Assembly (NCBI GenBank): GCA_023254905.1 | Contig: JALRKF010000006.1 | Location: 1-61,417 of the forward strand | Source of the DNA: Crocinitomicaceae bacterium | GTDB lineage: Bacteria > Bacteroidota > Bacteroidia > Flavobacteriales_D > Crocinitomicaceae | Direction of reading: 5' to 3' | Length of the DNA: 61,417 bases | Notes under the pieces: model-generated | Database searches by the model: none | Told to the model about the DNA's origin: nothing | What the model saw: only the letters and a program-made list of their open reading frames with translations | Shown here: positions 37,677 through 48,238 of the stretch, in pieces | Layout: every line of letters begins with the position of its first letter | Position numbering within the stretch: the stretch's first letter is position 1 | Made by a program: the position numbers and the translations under genes

Positions 37677-39007
37677 AGAATTTATTCAGTGAATTCAATA
37701 ATATCTCAAAAAATGAATGGTCGGAAAAGATCATTCAAGACCTAAAGGGAAAACCTGAAGAACTTCTGACAATTACAGATGAAATAGAAGAAATTTCATA
37801 TTCGTCATTTTACCACAAAGAAGACAGTATAGAAAGAAACAAACCGGGTAACCTGCCTTACATAAGAGGGATTAAGAAATCATCCAACGAATGGAGAAAC
37901 TGTCATTATGAATTGATTAATAAGGAGAAAAAGAACAATGCAAGATGCCTTAAAGCATTGATGTCTGGGAGTGATATGCTTTGGTTTCAAGTTAATAGAA
38001 AAGATGTTGATTGGAATACTGTTCTGGAAGACATTCAGACAGAGTATATTTCAGTGGTTTTGGAGACTGATGACGTAGAGAATATAAAAATTCTCACAAA
38101 AAGTGGAAAAAAGAATATTACATATGCATTTGATGCATACAAAAATGGTTTTGATGCGTTAATGGAGCTTTACTCTGCATTCAAGGATTATCAATTTCCA
38201 TTTCTGTTAGTTGATGCTTCAAAAATCCAACAAGCTGGAGGGAATATCTCGCAACAAATCGGATTCGCACTCAATGTCGGTCATGAATACCTGTTACATT
38301 TAGTGAACAAAGGATTCTCCGTAGATGAGGCTAGTGCATGTATCCAATTCAAATTTGGTGTCGGTAATGATTATTTAAAGGAATCTTTAAAATTCAGAAC
38401 TTTTCGAGGTCTATGGTCAAATGTGATTGCAGCATATATTCCTGAACACAAATGCTCTCATCACACAATTATTCATGCTTTTATCACCCATTTAAATAAA
38501 TCACTCAAAGATCCTTACACAAATCTTCTTAGACAAACTACTGAGGTAATGTCTGCGGTAAATGGAAATATAGATAGTATCTGTGTCCTACCATACAATC
38601 ATTACTCCTATGAGGGTAGCTCTGAGCTAGCTGAACGAATGGCCCTGAATATCACCAATATACTTAAAGAGGAATCCTATTTCGATAAAGTATGTGATCC
38701 ACTCGGTGGGAGTTACAGCCTTGAGAATCTTCAAGAAAAAATATCAGACAGAGCATGGGGAAATTTCCAAGAAATTGAAGCCAATGGTGGACTTATGCAA
38801 ACATCAGCGAGAGAAAACTTCTATAATCAAATAAATACAGTCAGAAGTAAGCGTGTTACAAATTTCTCGAATGGCAAACAAACATTAATCGGCGTAAATA
38901 AATTCGAGAATCGAGATGAAATAAACAATAGTTGGATAGATATTCCTAACTACGATGGTTTGTTATCACTCATTCTCGAAAATGAACTTCAAAACTCTAA
39001 TAAATGA
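37673..39007 (+). CDS. mutA: Methylmalonyl-CoA mutase small (beta) subunit, barrel-only form
   Basis: 444 aa. It has PYIRG, a MutB-like (beta/alpha)8 region, and ends just after the LIGVNKF element. ATGA overlaps link it to both neighbours. Confidence 0.75.
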   Translation: MKNLFSEFNNISKNEWSEKIIQDLKGKPEELLTITDEIEEISYSSFYHKEDSIERNKPGNLPYIRGIKKSSNEWRNCHYELINKEKKNNARCLKALMSGSDMLWFQVNRKDVDWNTVLEDIQTEYISVVLETDDVENIKILTKSGKKNITYAFDAYKNGFDALMELYSAFKDYQFPFLLVDASKIQQAGGNISQQIGFALNVGHEYLLHLVNKGFSVDEASACIQFKFGVGNDYLKESLKFRTFRGLWSNVIAAYIPEHKCSHHTIIHAFITHLNKSLKDPYTNLLRQTTEVMSAVNGNIDSICVLPYNHYSYEGSSELAERMALNITNILKEESYFDKVCDPLGGSYSLENLQEKISDRAWGNFQEIEANGGLMQTSARENFYNQINTVRSKRVTNFSNGKQTLIGVNKFENRDEINNSWIDIPNYDGLLSLILENELQNSNK

Positions 39008-41136
39008 ACAGAGTTGATTTTAATAAAATAGATCGAAAGAAAACCTTTGAGTCAAAAGATATTGAACCTCAAAAAACGGGTGTAACAGCAGATGATATTG
39101 AATTAAAAAACTTTTACAGTCGAAATGATACAATGTCACTGCCACATATTGGATTTGTATCAGGCATCGCACCTTATTTGAGAGGGCCTTATTCATCAAT
39201 GTATGTGATCAAACCGTGGACGATTAGACAGTATGCCGGATTCTCGACTGCAGAAGAATCAAATGCATTTTACAGACGAAATCTTGCTGCAGGGCAGCGT
39301 GGTCTTTCAGTAGCATTTGACCTTGCTACTCATAGAGGTTATGATTCCGATCACCCACGCGTAATTGGTGATGTTGGAAAAGCTGGTGTAGCCATAGACT
39401 CTATTTTAGATATGAAGGTCCTCTTTGATAAAATTCCTCTAGATAAAATGTCTGTTTCAATGACTATGAATGGTGCAGTTATTCCAATCATGGCATTTTA
39501 TATAGTTGCCGCTGAAGAGCAAGGTATTGAGCAGAAAGATTTATCCGGTACTATTCAAAATGATATTTTGAAGGAATTCATGGTAAGGAATACTTACATA
39601 TATCCCCCACTTCCTTCCATGAAAATCATTTCGGACATCTTTGAATACACCAGTCAAAATATGCCTCGATTCAATTCTATTTCGATCTCAGGTTATCATA
39701 TGCAAGAGGCTGGTGCGACGGCAGCTCTAGAATTAGCTTATACGCTTGCCGATGGATTAGAATACCTCCGTGCAGGGATAAATGCAGGGATGAAAATTGA
39801 TGATTTCGCCCCAAGATTAAGCTTTTTTTGGGCGATTGGTATGAATCATTATACAGAAATAGCTAAAATGAGAGCTGGGAGATTAATTTGGGCGAAATTG
39901 GTTAAACAATTTAATCCAGAAAATTCTAAATCAATGGCTCTCAGAACACATTGTCAAACCTCAGGTTGGAGTTTAACCGAGCAGGATCCTTTTAATAATG
40001 TAGCGCGCACTTGTATCGAGGCAATGGGCGCAGTGCTTGGTGGAACGCAATCTCTGCATACCAATGCTTTGGATGAAGCTATTGCCCTCCCGACTGATTT
40101 TTCTGCAAGAATTGCTCGCAACACGCAAATTTACATTCAAGAAGAAATAGGTATTACAGATCATGTTGATCCTTTTGGAGGCAGTTATTACATAGAAACT
40201 CTTACGAATGAACTGGTTGATAAAGCCTGGAGTCTTATTGAAGAGGTGGAGGAGCTCGGCGGAATGGCAAAAGCTATAGAAACGGGGATTCCCAAAATGC
40301 GGATTGAAGAAGCGGCTGCAAAAAAGCAAGCTCGAATTGATTCGGGTAAAGACATCATTGTTGGCGTAAATAGATATCAACATGAATCTAAAGATCAAAT
40401 TGAAATTCTTGAGGTTGATAATGAACAAGTAAGAGAAGCACAAATAGATAGGTTAAATCAACTACGTTTGGAAAGAAACGAGGATGAGGTTCAGAAGCAA
40501 TTAAGTCGGTTAACGAAAGCTGCTGAATCAGGGGCTGAGAATATTTTAGCTGTTGCGATCGATTGTGCAAGATCCCGTGCATCCTTAGGAGAAATATCAA
40601 TTGCACTGGAGAAGGTTTTTGGTCGTTATAAAGCAACTATAAAAGCTATCTCGGGTGTCTATTCATCAGAATCAATGGAAGATAAAGACTTTAATAAAGC
40701 GAAAGAGTTAGCTAATCATTTCAGCGAACTAGAGGGTAGAAGACCAAGAATCATGATTGCTAAAATGGGGCAAGATGGTCACGACAGAGGGGCAAAGGTA
40801 ATTGCAACATCCTTTGCGGATATTGGATTTGATGTAGACATTGGTCCGTTGTTCCAAACTCCGGCAGAGGCTGCCAAGCAAGCAGTTGAAAACGATGTTC
40901 ACATACTTGGTGTTTCCTCTTTAGCTGCGGGACATAAAACTTTAGTTCCAGAAGTTATAAATGAATTGAAAGATCTAGGCCGTGAAGATATTATGGTCGT
41001 TGCAGGTGGCGTTATTCCCCAGCAAGACTATGAATATTTGTACGAAGCTGGGGTTTTTGGGGTCTTCGGCCCAGGAACGAAAATTTCACTTGCAGCATTA
41101 GAAATTCTTCAGCTTTTAATTAAGAGTTTCGAATAA
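39004..41136 (+). CDS. mutB: Methylmalonyl-CoA mutase large (alpha) subunit, cobalamin-dependent
   Basis: 710 aa. It shows [40 protein letters not shown] and IVGVNRY, plus a C-terminal B12 domain with [11 protein letters not shown] (DxHxxG). Confidence 0.95.
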   Translation: MNRVDFNKIDRKKTFESKDIEPQKTGVTADDIELKNFYSRNDTMSLPHIGFVSGIAPYLRGPYSSMYVIKPWTIRQYAGFSTAEESNAFYRRNLAAGQRGLSVAFDLATHRGYDSDHPRVIGDVGKAGVAIDSILDMKVLFDKIPLDKMSVSMTMNGAVIPIMAFYIVAAEEQGIEQKDLSGTIQNDILKEFMVRNTYIYPPLPSMKIISDIFEYTSQNMPRFNSISISGYHMQEAGATAALELAYTLADGLEYLRAGINAGMKIDDFAPRLSFFWAIGMNHYTEIAKMRAGRLIWAKLVKQFNPENSKSMALRTHCQTSGWSLTEQDPFNNVARTCIEAMGAVLGGTQSLHTNALDEAIALPTDFSARIARNTQIYIQEEIGITDHVDPFGGSYYIETLTNELVDKAWSLIEEVEELGGMAKAIETGIPKMRIEEAAAKKQARIDSGKDIIVGVNRYQHESKDQIEILEVDNEQVREAQIDRLNQLRLERNEDEVQKQLSRLTKAAESGAENILAVAIDCARSRASLGEISIALEKVFGRYKATIKAISGVYSSESMEDKDFNKAKELANHFSELEGRRPRIMIAKMGQDGHDRGAKVIATSFADIGFDVDIGPLFQTPAEAAKQAVENDVHILGVSSLAAGHKTLVPEVINELKDLGREDIMVVAGGVIPQQDYEYLYEAGVFGVFGPGTKISLAALEILQLLIKSFE

Positions 41137-41224
41137 TTAGTTAGTTACTAGTTTGAAAGTAAAAATTCATTTAAATTTCGGCATGGAATTTGAACTTTAA
41201 TCAATCGAAAAGAATATAATAATT

Positions 41225-41968
41225 ATGAAAAATTTATTACTCCTCCTTTTATACATTTTACAAGCTAGCTTTTTAATGGCACAAGCTCCTGGATATGATG
41301 ATCTAAAAATATTGTATGCTGATGCCGATTATGAAAAACTTGTAAAGAAGGCAGAATCCTATACCCTAAAGGATAAAACGAGTAAAGATGTTCTGCCCTT
41401 TATTTGGATGGCAAAAGGTCTTTACAAGATCTCTCTATCCGATATTAATGATGAGAAATACAAAAATGCTTACAAGGAAGCTCTGAAATTTATGGGTAAG
41501 GGTATCAAATATGATATCAAATATAATGAGATGATGACTGTTCAGGAGCACGAAGATTTCTTACATGAATTACAATTGAGTCTTCAATTAAGGGTTGAAC
41601 AGGAGATGTCTACTGGAGATGTTGGTGGATTCAAAAAAGGATTCAGTTGGGCTCTGAAATACGATAAGATAACAACAAACAACGTTGTAGTTAAGTATGT
41701 GTCTGGGGCGTGTAAGTATAATTCTGGGGACAAGCCAGGAGCAAGAAGAGATTGGCAAACTGCAGAGACTCTATTACAAGAATTAGAATCTGTTGATAGC
41801 TGGAGTGAGGCCGATAGAAATATGATGAAGCTGGGAGTTCTCCACACAGCAAAGGCAATGATGGAGGCGAACCAAAAAGATAGCGCACGCACTTTGCTCG
41901 GTAAGGTTGCTCAATGGTTCGAGGAGGATAGTGATTGGCAAGTTCGCTATGATGAAATAGTAAACTAA
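41225..41968 (+). CDS. Secreted helical-repeat protein, unknown function
   Basis: 247 aa. It has the signal peptide MKNLLLLLLYILQASFLMAQA and an alpha-helical, TPR-like composition. Confidence 0.55.
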   Translation: MKNLLLLLLYILQASFLMAQAPGYDDLKILYADADYEKLVKKAESYTLKDKTSKDVLPFIWMAKGLYKISLSDINDEKYKNAYKEALKFMGKGIKYDIKYNEMMTVQEHEDFLHELQLSLQLRVEQEMSTGDVGGFKKGFSWALKYDKITTNNVVVKYVSGACKYNSGDKPGARRDWQTAETLLQELESVDSWSEADRNMMKLGVLHTAKAMMEANQKDSARTLLGKVAQWFEEDSDWQVRYDEIVN

Positions 41969-41990
41969 GATGAAGGATATCGTGATGTCA

Positions 41991-42016
41991 AGAGAGGCTT
42001 AACGCCTCTCTTTTAT
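41991..42016 (+). terminator. Rho-independent terminator
   Basis: AGAGAGGC-TTAAC-GCCTCTCT forms an 8-bp stem followed by TTTATTTTA. It lies 22 nt after the stop at 41968. Confidence 0.75.
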
Positions 42017-42089
42017 TTTAACATTAAAGTATGTAAAACATTTTTTCCGAACTGGGGATTCAATTTTGTTCTATAATAACTTAGTGAGC

Positions 42090-42377
42090 ATGAAACGAAT
42101 TCCATCCTATTTGAAAAATAAATACATTCTCGCCATTTCATTGGTATTAGTTTACACTTTATTTTTGGATGATCATGATGTCTTTACGATGTTTAGAAAT
42201 AATCGTAAACTGAATAAAATAAGTTCACTGAAAGAGAAAACCGCTGGAAAACTTAAAAAAGCTCAATATACACTCAGAAAGTTGAACGATCAAACAGAGG
42301 TCGAGAGGTTTGCACGGGAAAAAAAGTTCTTTAAGCGCGATGACGAGGACATATTTGTAATCTTCTACGAGGAATAA
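42090..42377 (+). CDS. Septum formation initiator family protein (FtsB/DivIC-like)
   Basis: MKRIPSYLKNKYILAISLVLVYTLFL is a TM anchor, followed by a coiled coil and EKFAREKKFFKRDDEDIFVI. The track TTG start at 42066 lies inside a CAATTTTG -7-like box, so the ATG at 42090 is preferred. Confidence 0.75.
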   Translation: MKRIPSYLKNKYILAISLVLVYTLFLDDHDVFTMFRNNRKLNKISSLKEKTAGKLKKAQYTLRKLNDQTEVERFAREKKFFKRDDEDIFVIFYEE

Positions 42378-43553
42378 TCAATCCAATTCATCGTAAACTT
42401 TTTCACTAAAAAAAAGTAGCTTATTGTAATCCATGATTCGAATTCCACTAAAATAGAACAAACCAATTTGTCTGTAATTGTGACCCATTTCTGCCATAGA
42501 CATTGCTCCCTCTTGACAAAGTCCTACCCCATGTCCAAAACCTCTTCCATCTATAACAACCATATTGTTGTTAAGTGAAACATCAAAGAATGTCGATTTT
42601 AAGCGGAATTTTTGTCTTAAATCCCTCAAGGGAATACCGAATGAAGGATGAATATAAAATGCAAGACGATTCTTCTGTTTAAAGCTGTACATCTGATCCA
42701 TTATATATTCATTATTAATATCTAAACCGAACTTATGCAAAAGATACCGCTCCCACTCCGATCTTGGTATTGAGACATTCCATTTTGCTTGTTTTGTGTC
42801 AATGCAAAATGTATCGATGTGTGGCTCACAATACTTGATAGAGTTCTTCCATACATAGGAAGCATCAGACGTTTGTCCACCACAATTCGCATGGAAATAT
42901 GTTCCAATTAAATTATAATTACTGTCGACAAAAACCTCTGACTTAGTCTCCTCTACGGCCTGATCGATTGTAATTGAATATTTCCGCATATTATGATAAG
43001 CCTGACAATGAACAGCATCACAAAGATTAAAACCTTCAGATTCATGTCTTCTTAAGTTCTTTAGTGCGTATGTGCGACTAATTAGTGCTTGGACTTTATA
43101 GTACTCTAAATGTCGACCGCTTCCTCCCTCCGATTCGATGACGCCTGCAAGATAATTAGCCAACGATACATCATTTACAAGAGACAGCTTACCCTTGGAA
43201 ACACTCATTTCAAAATTATCTCGAAATTCATGTGCCTTAATACTCGGATTTAAACTCTTTAGCTCCACATAACTATCCAATGAATCCTGTTGAAATAAAA
43301 CTCGATTGAATGATCCAGCGAATTTTTTATCGATCCTGACAGAAATACTATCCCCTTCTAATTTACATTGTACATTGTTGCCGACATTAAGATGAATACT
43401 AACCAATGAATCTCCAAACAACGTATATCCTCCTTTCTTTGGAATAAACAAGAATGATTTGGTTGAATAATTATCGTAAAGACCTATCCGTATACTTTGC
43501 GCATAGTACGGAGTAACTGAAACCAAGAATATTATGACAAGAATAACTCTCAC
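42378..43553 (-). CDS. SpoIID/LytB domain protein (peptidoglycan remodelling)
   Basis: 391 aa. It has a signal peptide, then EYLAGVIESEG-type and YFHANCGGQT and GHGVGLCQEGA motifs. The start is GTG. Confidence 0.8.
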   Translation of the reverse strand: MRVILVIIFLVSVTPYYAQSIRIGLYDNYSTKSFLFIPKKGGYTLFGDSLVSIHLNVGNNVQCKLEGDSISVRIDKKFAGSFNRVLFQQDSLDSYVELKSLNPSIKAHEFRDNFEMSVSKGKLSLVNDVSLANYLAGVIESEGGSGRHLEYYKVQALISRTYALKNLRRHESEGFNLCDAVHCQAYHNMRKYSITIDQAVEETKSEVFVDSNYNLIGTYFHANCGGQTSDASYVWKNSIKYCEPHIDTFCIDTKQAKWNVSIPRSEWERYLLHKFGLDINNEYIMDQMYSFKQKNRLAFYIHPSFGIPLRDLRQKFRLKSTFFDVSLNNNMVVIDGRGFGHGVGLCQEGAMSMAEMGHNYRQIGLFYFSGIRIMDYNKLLFFSEKVYDELD

Positions 43554-43557
43554 GCTG

Positions 43558-43565
43558 CAAAATTA
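43558..43565 (-). promoter_or_regulatory. -7 promoter box TAATTTTG, 4 nt upstream of the SpoIID-like GTG start
   Basis: It is an exact TAnnTTTG on the minus strand. The gap to the GTG at 43553 is CAGC. Confidence 0.4.
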
Positions 43566-43595
43566 AGACTTGCCGCATCATCGATTCAGCAGACT

Positions 43596-44720
43596 TTAAA
43601 TATTTGTTAACAAGGATTGTGCAACTTTTTTACTAGCACCACCACCAAGGCGATCTTCAAGCATGTTTAATTGAGACACTATTCTTGCTCGGTACTCTGA
43701 ATCATTCAATATTCGATGAACTTCAGATCGGATATTATACGCACTACACTCTTTCTGAATTAACTCCTTTACGACCTCTTCACCCATTATTAGATTTACT
43801 AGGGAGATGAAGTTAACTTTTACCAAACGCTTCGCAATTTGATAAGAAATCTCGGATCCTCTGTAGCAAACAACTAGAGGTATACCAAAGAGAGCCGTTT
43901 CTAGCGTTGCGGTACCAGATGTGACCACCGCAATATCGGCGATATTCAGAAGATCATAAGTCTTATTAAAAACTACCCGCGCATTGTTACTGTTTCGAAT
44001 GATTTCCGCATAATAATCTCGATCATAATTTGAAACTCCGGCAATCACCACTTGATGTGATTCAATATCTTTCAATGCTTCGAGCATAATGGGTAATTTT
44101 CGTTTTATCTCCTGATCCCTACTTCCAGGTAAAACGGCTATTACAGGTCGTTCATCCAAGCTAATTGTTTCCTTAAACAATTCATTTGATTTTCTCGAAC
44201 GAAATCTCTCAATTTCATCAATTAGTGGATGTCCAACAAAATCTACAGGATAATTAAACTTTTTGTAGAATTCTTTTTCGAATGGTAGTATAACATACAT
44301 CTTATGGACTACTTTTTTAATCTTGTGCACCCGACCTTGTTTCCAAGCCCAAATCTGCGGACTTATGTAATAAAATACTTTTATCCCCTTTGAATGGGCC
44401 CATTCAGCTATCCTTAAATTAAAACCAGGATAATCAATTAACACAAGTGCGTCAGGCTTGAATACCTCGATATCCTTTTTACAAAACTTTAAGAGTCCAA
44501 GTATTGTCCTTAGATTCAACAATACCTCTATAAACCCCATGAATGAAAGTTCTTTGATATTCTTGACACACTCACCACCCTCAGAATTCATTCGATCACC
44601 TCCCCAAAAACGAATTTTTAGGTCTTTATTTTGTGCATACAATTCATTCATCAAATTTGCACCATGAAGATCACCAGAAGCTTCTCCAGTAATTATATAT
44701 AATCGTTTTGATGCCATCAA
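43596..44720 (-). CDS. lpxB: Lipid-A-disaccharide synthase
   Basis: 374 aa. It has IITGEASGDLHGANL, YISPQIWAWK and SGTATLE motifs. Confidence 0.92.
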   Translation of the reverse strand: MMASKRLYIITGEASGDLHGANLMNELYAQNKDLKIRFWGGDRMNSEGGECVKNIKELSFMGFIEVLLNLRTILGLLKFCKKDIEVFKPDALVLIDYPGFNLRIAEWAHSKGIKVFYYISPQIWAWKQGRVHKIKKVVHKMYVILPFEKEFYKKFNYPVDFVGHPLIDEIERFRSRKSNELFKETISLDERPVIAVLPGSRDQEIKRKLPIMLEALKDIESHQVVIAGVSNYDRDYYAEIIRNSNNARVVFNKTYDLLNIADIAVVTSGTATLETALFGIPLVVCYRGSEISYQIAKRLVKVNFISLVNLIMGEEVVKELIQKECSAYNIRSEVHRILNDSEYRARIVSQLNMLEDRLGGGASKKVAQSLLTNI

Positions 44721-45026
44721 CTAAAAAAACTTGATATAGAGTATGTAAGGAGCAAATGCAATAGTCGCCAATATAACTCCCATGGCTATGTTAAATCGCT
44801 CTTTGTTCAGAAAGAAATAAAACCAAATCAAATTTGAGATAATGGAAATCGTAATAATCTTAATGTGATATTGATTGTTCAGAGTAAATTTATGCCATAA
44901 CTGTTCGAAGTAATAATTCTGCAACCAGGTTATTACAAAAATCACAACTGGAATAAACACCAAAGGGGTTATTATTCCAATCAATAATCCCTTTGTATGA
45001 TCTCTGGTCCATTTTCTAATTTTCAT
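44721..45026 (-). CDS. Small integral membrane protein (3 TM), unknown function
   Basis: 101 aa and hydrophobic. It is wedged with zero or overlapping junctions between surE and lpxB. Confidence 0.55.
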   Translation of the reverse strand: MKIRKWTRDHTKGLLIGIITPLVFIPVVIFVITWLQNYYFEQLWHKFTLNNQYHIKIITISIISNLIWFYFFLNKERFNIAMGVILATIAFAPYILYIKFF

Positions 45027-45793
45027 AAGTCCCAGCTTTCTATTTTTGACAATTGCTCATGTGCAGTCATATCAAATTTTGTTGGTACAACCGTTGCAAA
45101 ATTCTTTGCTATCCAATAAAGATCCGTAGGTTCTGTTTGTTCTTCATTAATAAATTCACCTGTTAGCCAATAGTAAGCTCTGCCAAACTGATCTTCTCGC
45201 TTGGAGAAACTATCTGCCCAATAGGCATGTGCCTGTTTACATACTTTCATTCCTTGAAATTCACTTTTGTGAACATCTGGTATATTTACATTCAGACAAA
45301 CTCCGATTGGCATTTGCTGTTCAAGTACTTTCTCCACAACCATCTTAACAACAGTTTGTGATAAGCTGAAATCAGCATCTGAATCAAAAGAATCTAGGGA
45401 AAAACCAACAGATGGTATCCCCTCCATAGCCCCTTCAACTGCTGCCGACATAGTTCCTGAATACAATACATTTGTTGATGTGTTGGCACCATGATTTATT
45501 CCGGAAACTAGGATGTCTGGCTTTCTATTCATCACTTCATAGACTCCGAGCTTAACGCAGTCAACTGGGGTTCCACTACATGAATAAGCGTGTTCAATTC
45601 CAAATGTATTGATCTTACTTAACCTTAAAGGGTGGTGTATTGTAATAGCATGACCCGTACCTGACTGCGGTGAATCAGGCGCTATCAAAACAATATCTCC
45701 TATATCCTTCACAGCATCAAAAAGACACTTTATCCCTTTAGCGGAAAATCCATCATCATTTGTAACAAAAATTAGAGGTCTACGGTTATTCAT
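45023..45793 (-). CDS. surE: 5'/3'-nucleotidase SurE
   Basis: 256 aa with IFVTNDDGFSAKGI, SGINHGAN and YSGTMSAAVEGA. Confidence 0.95.
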   Translation of the reverse strand: MNNRRPLIFVTNDDGFSAKGIKCLFDAVKDIGDIVLIAPDSPQSGTGHAITIHHPLRLSKINTFGIEHAYSCSGTPVDCVKLGVYEVMNRKPDILVSGINHGANTSTNVLYSGTMSAAVEGAMEGIPSVGFSLDSFDSDADFSLSQTVVKMVVEKVLEQQMPIGVCLNVNIPDVHKSEFQGMKVCKQAHAYWADSFSKREDQFGRAYYWLTGEFINEEQTEPTDLYWIAKNFATVVPTKFDMTAHEQLSKIESWDL

Positions 45794-45880
45794 TTACGTT
45801 AAAATTCGAACTTACACGAAAGTAACTATTATAGTGCGAAGATTTGTCAATTTAGTTGGAGGATTAACGACTGATTTAAC

Positions 45881-45888
45881 TATTTTTG
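45881..45888 (+). promoter_or_regulatory. -7 promoter box TATTTTTG for the DinB-family gene
   Basis: It is an exact TAnnTTTG, 32 nt upstream of the ATG at 45921. Confidence 0.4.
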
Positions 45889-45920
45889 ATAATTGATATT
45901 ACAAACAGAAGTACCACTGA

Positions 45921-46496
45921 ATGACTACCCAAGAACTTGTTGAAAAGCTGACAATTATTACTAATCAGAACCTTCAAAATTTAGAAGAAATGATTTTAGG
46001 TTTAACTACTGAGCAGTTAAACTGGCGACCCAACGAAAATTCCTGGTGTGTCAATGATATTTTGGGTCATTTGAATGCTTATGCCAATTATTATCATGCG
46101 GCTTTTTTGAAAAAGATAGATTCTACACGATTCACCAACTCAAAGGAAAAGTTTATCAGCTCTCCTCTAGGTAGATCTGCATGGAAATCAATGAAGTTAG
46201 GAAATTTGAAAAATATAAAACGAAAATTCAAGGCCCCTAAAGGATATAATCCCTTAATAGATAAAGATATCGCTAAAGGAGATCAGCGACAATTATTCAA
46301 AGAATCACAGATTGAATTATTGAATCTTATTAACAAATCCTCCCAGGTAAACATGAGGAGAGTTAAAATCCCTATCTCAATTTCAAAAGCAATCCGCCTA
46401 AGACTTGGTGACGCTCTGCTTTTTGTTACTTATCATAATGAAAGGCATATTCAACAAGCATTGAACGTAATCAATCATAATAACTTCCCAAAGTAG
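45921..46496 (+). CDS. DinB family protein
   Basis: 191 aa. WCVNDILGHLNAY...YHNERHIQQA shows the DinB His-triad spacing. Confidence 0.65.
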   Translation: MTTQELVEKLTIITNQNLQNLEEMILGLTTEQLNWRPNENSWCVNDILGHLNAYANYYHAAFLKKIDSTRFTNSKEKFISSPLGRSAWKSMKLGNLKNIKRKFKAPKGYNPLIDKDIAKGDQRQLFKESQIELLNLINKSSQVNMRRVKIPISISKAIRLRLGDALLFVTYHNERHIQQALNVINHNNFPK

Positions 46497-46497
46497 A

Positions 46498-47250
46498 ATG
46501 AGCGATCGATATTCATTCTGCCACGTAAGTGTTTCACCAATGAGAGCTGAGGCAAAAGACTCGGCAGAAATTGTATCTCAATTGCTCTTTGGAGAAGTGG
46601 TGATCATATCTGAAACTTTAACACCGTGGTGTAAGATTAAAACGTTATCAGATAACTATGAAGGCTTCGTAGATCACAAACATTTATTCTACCTATCAGA
46701 AAAAGAGGTCCGTAAATGGCTAGAAGTCTCCGAATATCAGCAAAACCTATTGCTAGAGATAAAATCAAAAAATGGAAACCAACTTATTTATAGAGGTTCA
46801 AGAGTTCCATTGGAATCGGGAAAAACAAATATTGGGAAATTTAATTTCGAATTGTTGAAGAAGGATGTCATACACTTTTCAAATGTGGTTGAAGCTGCTT
46901 CGAATTATCTGAATGCACCATACTTGTGGGGAGGAAAATCACCGTTTGGAATAGATTGTTCAGGTTTAACCCAAACTATCTATCGTTTCTTTGATATTAA
47001 TCTACCTCGAGATGCTTCGCAACAATTTGATGTTGGCCTTGAAGTAGAATATGGAGATCATCAAGCCGGAGATCTCGCTTACTTTTCGAACAGTGTGGGA
47101 AGAATAACGCATGTTGGAATCGTGACCGAAAACAATGGTATTTATCATGCTAGTGGACACGTGAGATTTGACCGAATAACTCGCGAAGGTATTGTGAACA
47201 ATAATTCGGGGGAACTGACACACAAACTAGCTGGAATTAAAAGACCATAA
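46498..47250 (+). CDS. NlpC/P60 (C40) peptidoglycan endopeptidase with N-terminal SH3-like domain
   Basis: 250 aa. It has YLWGGKSPFGIDCSGLTQTIY with the catalytic Cys, and HVGIV with the catalytic His. Confidence 0.85.
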   Translation: MSDRYSFCHVSVSPMRAEAKDSAEIVSQLLFGEVVIISETLTPWCKIKTLSDNYEGFVDHKHLFYLSEKEVRKWLEVSEYQQNLLLEIKSKNGNQLIYRGSRVPLESGKTNIGKFNFELLKKDVIHFSNVVEAASNYLNAPYLWGGKSPFGIDCSGLTQTIYRFFDINLPRDASQQFDVGLEVEYGDHQAGDLAYFSNSVGRITHVGIVTENNGIYHASGHVRFDRITREGIVNNNSGELTHKLAGIKRP

Positions 47251-47314
47251 ATTTCAAAAAAGGGCTCTCGAAAGGAATAATTTAAAGATATTTGTGACCA
47301 GAAAACTCAAAACC

Positions 47315-48238
47315 ATGAAAATACTCATTACAGGAGGAGCTGGTTTTATTGGAAGCAATCTTTCGAAACGTCTTGTAGATGATGGACATGATGTAATTGT
47401 ACTCGATAATTTGCTTCGTGGAAATAAACTTGACAAAGAGACTTATAGCAATATAGAGTTCATAAATGGCGATGTTAGAGATCTCAATCAAGTTATTGAC
47501 GCATCAAAAGGATGTGATCTCATTTTTCACTTCGCAGCTGTCTTAGGAGTTGACATTGTCGCAGATAATCCTGTCGAGACAATGGATGTTGAAGTTATAG
47601 GTACTCGAAATGTTGTAGTAGCTGCAGAAATTAACAACATTAAAAAGGTAATGTACGCCTCGACAAGTGGTATTTACGGGCATTCAGCAATAGAAAGCGC
47701 ACTTTCTGAAGAGGTTTTGGTAGATCCACGCACCTCCTACGCAATGGCTAAACGGTACAATGAAATTTATCTCGCCTCTCATCACGAGGAGAAGGGAATG
47801 GATGTTATTTCCTTAAGATTCTTTAATGTTTATGGATGGAATCAAGACAATCGAATGGTTATTCCAAGATTCTTTGAACAGGCATTAAACGGAAATAACA
47901 TAACAGTTTTTGGGTCAGGAGAACAAACTCGCGACTTTACTTTTATCGATGATACGATAGAGGCTTGTATTCGTTTAATGGATATTAATGGTTGCCACAT
48001 AGTGAATATTGCAAATGAGCATGAATGGAATATAAATAACGTCGCTGCGTCGATTAAAACAATTTCATCGTCAGATTCAAACATTGTCTATCTCGAAGCG
48101 CCAAAAAAACGCTACGACTATGAAGTAGAGAGACGAGTAGGAAGCTCTGAAAAACTATTTAAGCTCACTGGATATAAGCCGACCACTACTCTAGAAGAAG
48201 GATTAGCAAAAATATATACTAAAAATTATAAAGAGTGA
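47315..48238 (+). CDS. NAD-dependent sugar-nucleotide epimerase/dehydratase (extended SDR)
   Basis: [16 protein letters not shown] and YAMAKRYNE (YxxxK) are present. The track GTG start at 47294 overlaps a GATATTTG -7-like box, so the ATG at 47315 is preferred. Confidence 0.85.
   Translation: MKILITGGAGFIGSNLSKRLVDDGHDVIVLDNLLRGNKLDKETYSNIEFINGDVRDLNQVIDASKGCDLIFHFAAVLGVDIVADNPVETMDVEVIGTRNVVVAAEINNIKKVMYASTSGIYGHSAIESALSEEVLVDPRTSYAMAKRYNEIYLASHHEEKGMDVISLRFFNVYGWNQDNRMVIPRFFEQALNGNNITVFGSGEQTRDFTFIDDTIEACIRLMDINGCHIVNIANEHEWNINNVAASIKTISSSDSNIVYLEAPKKRYDYEVERRVGSSEKLFKLTGYKPTTTLEEGLAKIYTKNYKE

Noticed and set aside
39973-40443. A 156-aa minus-strand ORF, plus an 82-aa ORF at 40388-40636
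   Set aside because: Both are antisense inside mutB, whose frame has unmistakable family motifs. They have no independent signals.
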